DNA of 64,000 bases from an uncultured Clostridia bacterium. Its GTDB lineage: Bacteria; Bacillota; Clostridia; TANB77; UBA1234. A model generated the notes under the pieces. That model saw only the letters and a list, made by a program, of their open reading frames with translations, was not told the DNA's origin and did no database searches. Of this stretch, positions 63,778-64,000 are shown in pieces (position 1 is the first letter of the stretch; every line of letters begins with the position of its first letter). The stretch covers positions 75,689-139,688 of the forward strand of contig CAKPEF010000002.1 in the NCBI GenBank assembly GCA_934149305.1. The letters are read 5' to 3'. The position numbers and the translations under genes are program-made.

Positions 63778-64000
63778 ATGATGAAAAATTCTAATGGAGT
63801 TACAATGATGAATTTAGTAATTACAATTGTAGTTATGATTATCTTAATTAGTGTGTCAGGATATTATTCGATAGATAGTATAAAAAATGCCTATACAAGC
63901 AGACAAAAAAGAGAATTCGCATCAGTAGTGGACTACACAGCAACGCTGAAAGCAAAGATGCTTGTGGATGAGTTTTCGCCATCGAACGAAACAATAATAA
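63778..64000 (+). CDS. second pilin-like protein, 3-prime partial at the window edge
   Basis: MMKNSNG/VTMMNLVITIVVMIILI prepilin-like N-terminus; RBS GGAGG. Confidence 0.5.
   Translation, partial: MMKNSNGVTMMNLVITIVVMIILISVSGYYSIDSIKNAYTSRQKREFASVVDYTATLKAKMLVDEFSPSNETII

Overview
This is a low-GC Firmicutes chromosomal window, Clostridia/Tissierellia-like. It contains about 60 protein genes, 4 tRNAs (His-GTG, Gln-TTG, Arg-ACG, Arg-CCT) and an SRP RNA upstream of dnaX-ybaB-recR. Housekeeping genes include leuS, trpS, truA, murI, tadA, rpsT, rpsU, trxA and ogg. Accessory content includes a large B-repeat surface protein (5-prime partial), a single-module C-A-T-R NRPS next to a two-component system with an HD-GYP regulator, a lipoprotein serpin, a CcdA-thioredoxin pair, MscL with a zinc-ribbon tail, a HicAB pair, a duplicated membrane-protein cassette ending in a radical SAM/SPASM enzyme, and pilin-like genes at the window end.

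The four observations I consider most interesting are:
1. Six unrelated genes are each broken by the same one-base event. An in-frame CGG codon (otherwise nearly absent from coding frames) sits exactly where the reading frame moves +1 onto a Gly GGN codon. This is either a systematic assembly artifact or an unusual recoding/frameshift phenomenon.
2. An inverted, promoterless paralogous C-terminal cassette lies downstream of the surface-protein gene. It is bounded by an ~80 bp inverted repeat with 3 mismatches, the geometry of a recombinational C-terminus switching system.
3. A ~35-nt hairpin-containing intergenic repeat family, AAAATGTAGCGGAGC(ACAG or TTAG)GTGTGCTCCATAAAA, occurs in more than 15 copies, often as tandem triplets directly upstream of genes.
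4. The orphan C-A-T-R NRPS is co-oriented with a sensor kinase and divergent from an HD-GYP response regulator.
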